The notes beneath the pieces were generated by a model. It searched no databases, was not told the DNA's origin, and worked only from the letters and a program-made list of their open reading frames with translations. A DNA stretch of 64,000 nt from an uncultured Eubacteriales bacterium. GTDB taxonomy: Bacteria > Bacillota > Clostridia > Oscillospirales > QAMX01. Made by a program: the position numbers and the translations under genes. This document shows, one piece after another, positions 62,500 to 64,000 of the stretch. Numbering within the stretch: the first letter of the stretch is position 1; each line of letters begins with the position of its first letter. The DNA is taken from positions 156,400 to 220,399 of the forward strand of contig CAKTEH010000002.1 of the NCBI GenBank assembly GCA_934546935.1, written 5' to 3'.

Positions 62500-64000
62500 T
62501 TACAGACCCATTGCATCCATGAAGCGGTCGACGCGCGCCTGCTGTGCATCGATATATTCCTGGAGACCCAGGTTCTCATACGCGTAATCAATATAGCTCT
62601 GCAGGTCCGCAACATTGTATTCGCCCATAACGAGTTTGGCGCCAAGCTCAACCACATAGGTCTTCAGATCAGCAGCATACTCGGACTGGACGGCAGCTTC
62701 TTCAGCAGTCGGGAGCGTCTCAAAGTCGTAGTAAGCGGCGACATTGATATTCTCTTCGCCCCAGGCAGCCAGGTTGGAAAGCTGGACCCAGTTGGGCTGG
62801 TTATAGTCAACATCATTCTGCGCCATCCAGGCTTCCGCAGTAATATCCGCCTCAGCATAGGGCTCGCCGGCATCCAGCGCTTCCTGTGCGGAATTATAGG
62901 TTGCAGCTCTCGGATTCCACAGATCGTCATCACGGGCAGTCGGGGTGTAAGACAGGAAGCCCATAAAGAAATCGCTTACAGCGTCGAGGCCAAGATAGCC
63001 GTCTTCGATGTCGCCCTTCTTATAGTCTGCGGCAGCGGTATAGTCAATAATATTGACGCCGTCTTCCGCATAGTCCCAAGCCACGCCTTCAACGCCATAG
63101 TAGAACAGCAGCCACATCTCATAGGAATAGATGTAGTCAACAAATTTCGCAGCGTCTTCCGGAGTGATGGAGTCAGAATTGAAGCTGATGCCCCATTCGC
63201 CTGCAGTAGCTTCCTGGCAGATAATACGGGCCTTTTCGCCTTCAACAGCAGCGATAATCGGCATCGGCTGATAGTTACAGTCCGCATCCCCGGTGTTGGA
63301 ACGGCCGGTAGACCAGATATTGTTGGCCTGGCAGTACCAGGAAATTACGTTATTTTCTGCAATATAAGTACCGGAATTCTGCCACGGATGGCCGCCTTCG
63401 TTGTTGTAAACGAGCTGGGCGGTGTAGAACTGATTGAGGTAAGTCGCCCAGTCGCCATAGCCCTTCTTCAGCATCGCAACTTCCACCTCGCCGCTGGACG
63501 GGTCGGAGAAGAAATCCTGATACGGCAGGCCATACCACTGGCCGATGCCCTGGTACTGATACTCGGTGCCAAGACCAATGATAATGCGCTCATCGTTCAT
63601 ACCATTTCCATTGACGTCCTGTTCATGCATCGCAAGGCAGGCTTCATAGTACTCTTCTGCGCTCTGCGGCATGGACATGCCGAGATCATCCAGCCAATCC
63701 TGACGGATCATCAGGCCATAAATACCGTGAAGCTGAACCTTGACGCGCAGCGGGCCGTCTTCTTCCGTGATCTGGAGGCCGCGGGCCGGGTCATTGGTAA
63801 TCATGACATAATAGAACTTACCGTCAGTGTGGGTTGCCTTCGCACGGGCCCAGTCATACAGCCCGTCGTCGCCGAAAGCTTTAATCATGTTGCCCGTAGA
63901 GCATTCCAGAATATCCTCGCAGGCAAGGAAACGGCCGGCATTGATCCATTCGACAATGGTGTTATTGTCTACTGCGCCGTAGGTACCATAGACCTGCGGC
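62500..64000 (-). CDS. Extracellular solute-binding protein (large family-1/LipO-like sugar ABC SBP), 5' end outside window
   Basis: The frame stays open from 63888 to the window edge (..PQVYGTYGAVDNNTIVEWINAGRFLACEDILECSTGNMIKAF..). The sequence is Trp/Tyr/Asp-rich, typical of oligosaccharide-binding lipoproteins. Confidence 0.8.
   Translation of the reverse strand, partial: PQVYGTYGAVDNNTIVEWINAGRFLACEDILECSTGNMIKAFGDDGLYDWARAKATHTDGKFYYVMITNDPARGLQITEEDGPLRVKVQLHGIYGLMIRQDWLDDLGMSMPQSAEEYYEACLAMHEQDVNGNGMNDERIIIGLGTEYQYQGIGQWYGLPYQDFFSDPSSGEVEVAMLKKGYGDWATYLNQFYTAQLVYNNEGGHPWQNSGTYIAENNVISWYCQANNIWSTGRSNTGDADCNYQPMPIIAAVEGEKARIICQEATAGEWGISFNSDSITPEDAAKFVDYIYSYEMWLLFYYGVEGVAWDYAEDGVNIIDYTAAADYKKGDIEDGYLGLDAVSDFFMGFLSYTPTARDDDLWNPRAATYNSAQEALDAGEPYAEADITAEAWMAQNDVDYNQPNWVQLSNLAAWGEENINVAAYYDFETLPTAEEAAVQSEYAADLKTYVVELGAKLVMGEYNVADLQSYIDYAYENLGLQEYIDAQQARVDRFMDAMGL

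Overview
The window looks like GC-rich chromosomal DNA from a strictly anaerobic Firmicute. The clues are a Clostridia/Oscillospiraceae-like gene set, strong GGAGG-type ribosome-binding sites, hairpin+T-run terminators and AT-rich intergenic spacers. I found no rRNA, tRNA, CRISPR array, transposase, integrase or prophage genes.

Layout by region:
- 1-13.2 kb: the 3' end of proS, then a hemicellulose/ester-hydrolysis cluster. It holds a GHL6/GH42-like hydrolase, a sugar-phosphate isomerase, a PnuC-like transporter, three tandem beta-lactamase-fold serine hydrolases, a CE1-type esterase, a MATE exporter and a GH51 arabinofuranosidase.
- 13.4-22.3 kb: a MarR regulator, a 2481-aa cyclic beta-1,2-glucan-synthase-like giant protein, and a DUF2975/YozG pair.
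- 22.3-30.4 kb: mixed housekeeping genes, including a tandem glycine riboswitch in front of a UPF0126/TRIC-type membrane protein.
- 30.6-38.2 kb: a small defence-type island. It has two uncharacterised genes plus a YgjP-like metalloprotease and a Type III Mod-Res operon.
- 38.4-44.4 kb: three ABC exporters and a MarR regulator.
- 44.6-57.4 kb: the most interesting locus. A 13-gene, translationally coupled minus-strand operon joins Mdh and FumC to HdrBCA-MvhD, a Flx-like NAD(P)H/Fe-S module, a soluble FrdAB-like fumarate reductase, a dicarboxylate-type transporter and a 2Fe-2S ferredoxin. I read it as a candidate NADH-linked, possibly electron-bifurcating cytoplasmic fumarate reductase.
- 58.6-64 kb: an amidohydrolase, PepF, a coiled-coil protein and a partial sugar-binding lipoprotein.

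Four genes are broken by single-base indels, five of the six indels in homopolymers, so assembly error must be excluded before calling them pseudogenes. All family assignments come from motif recognition by eye. No database search was run.
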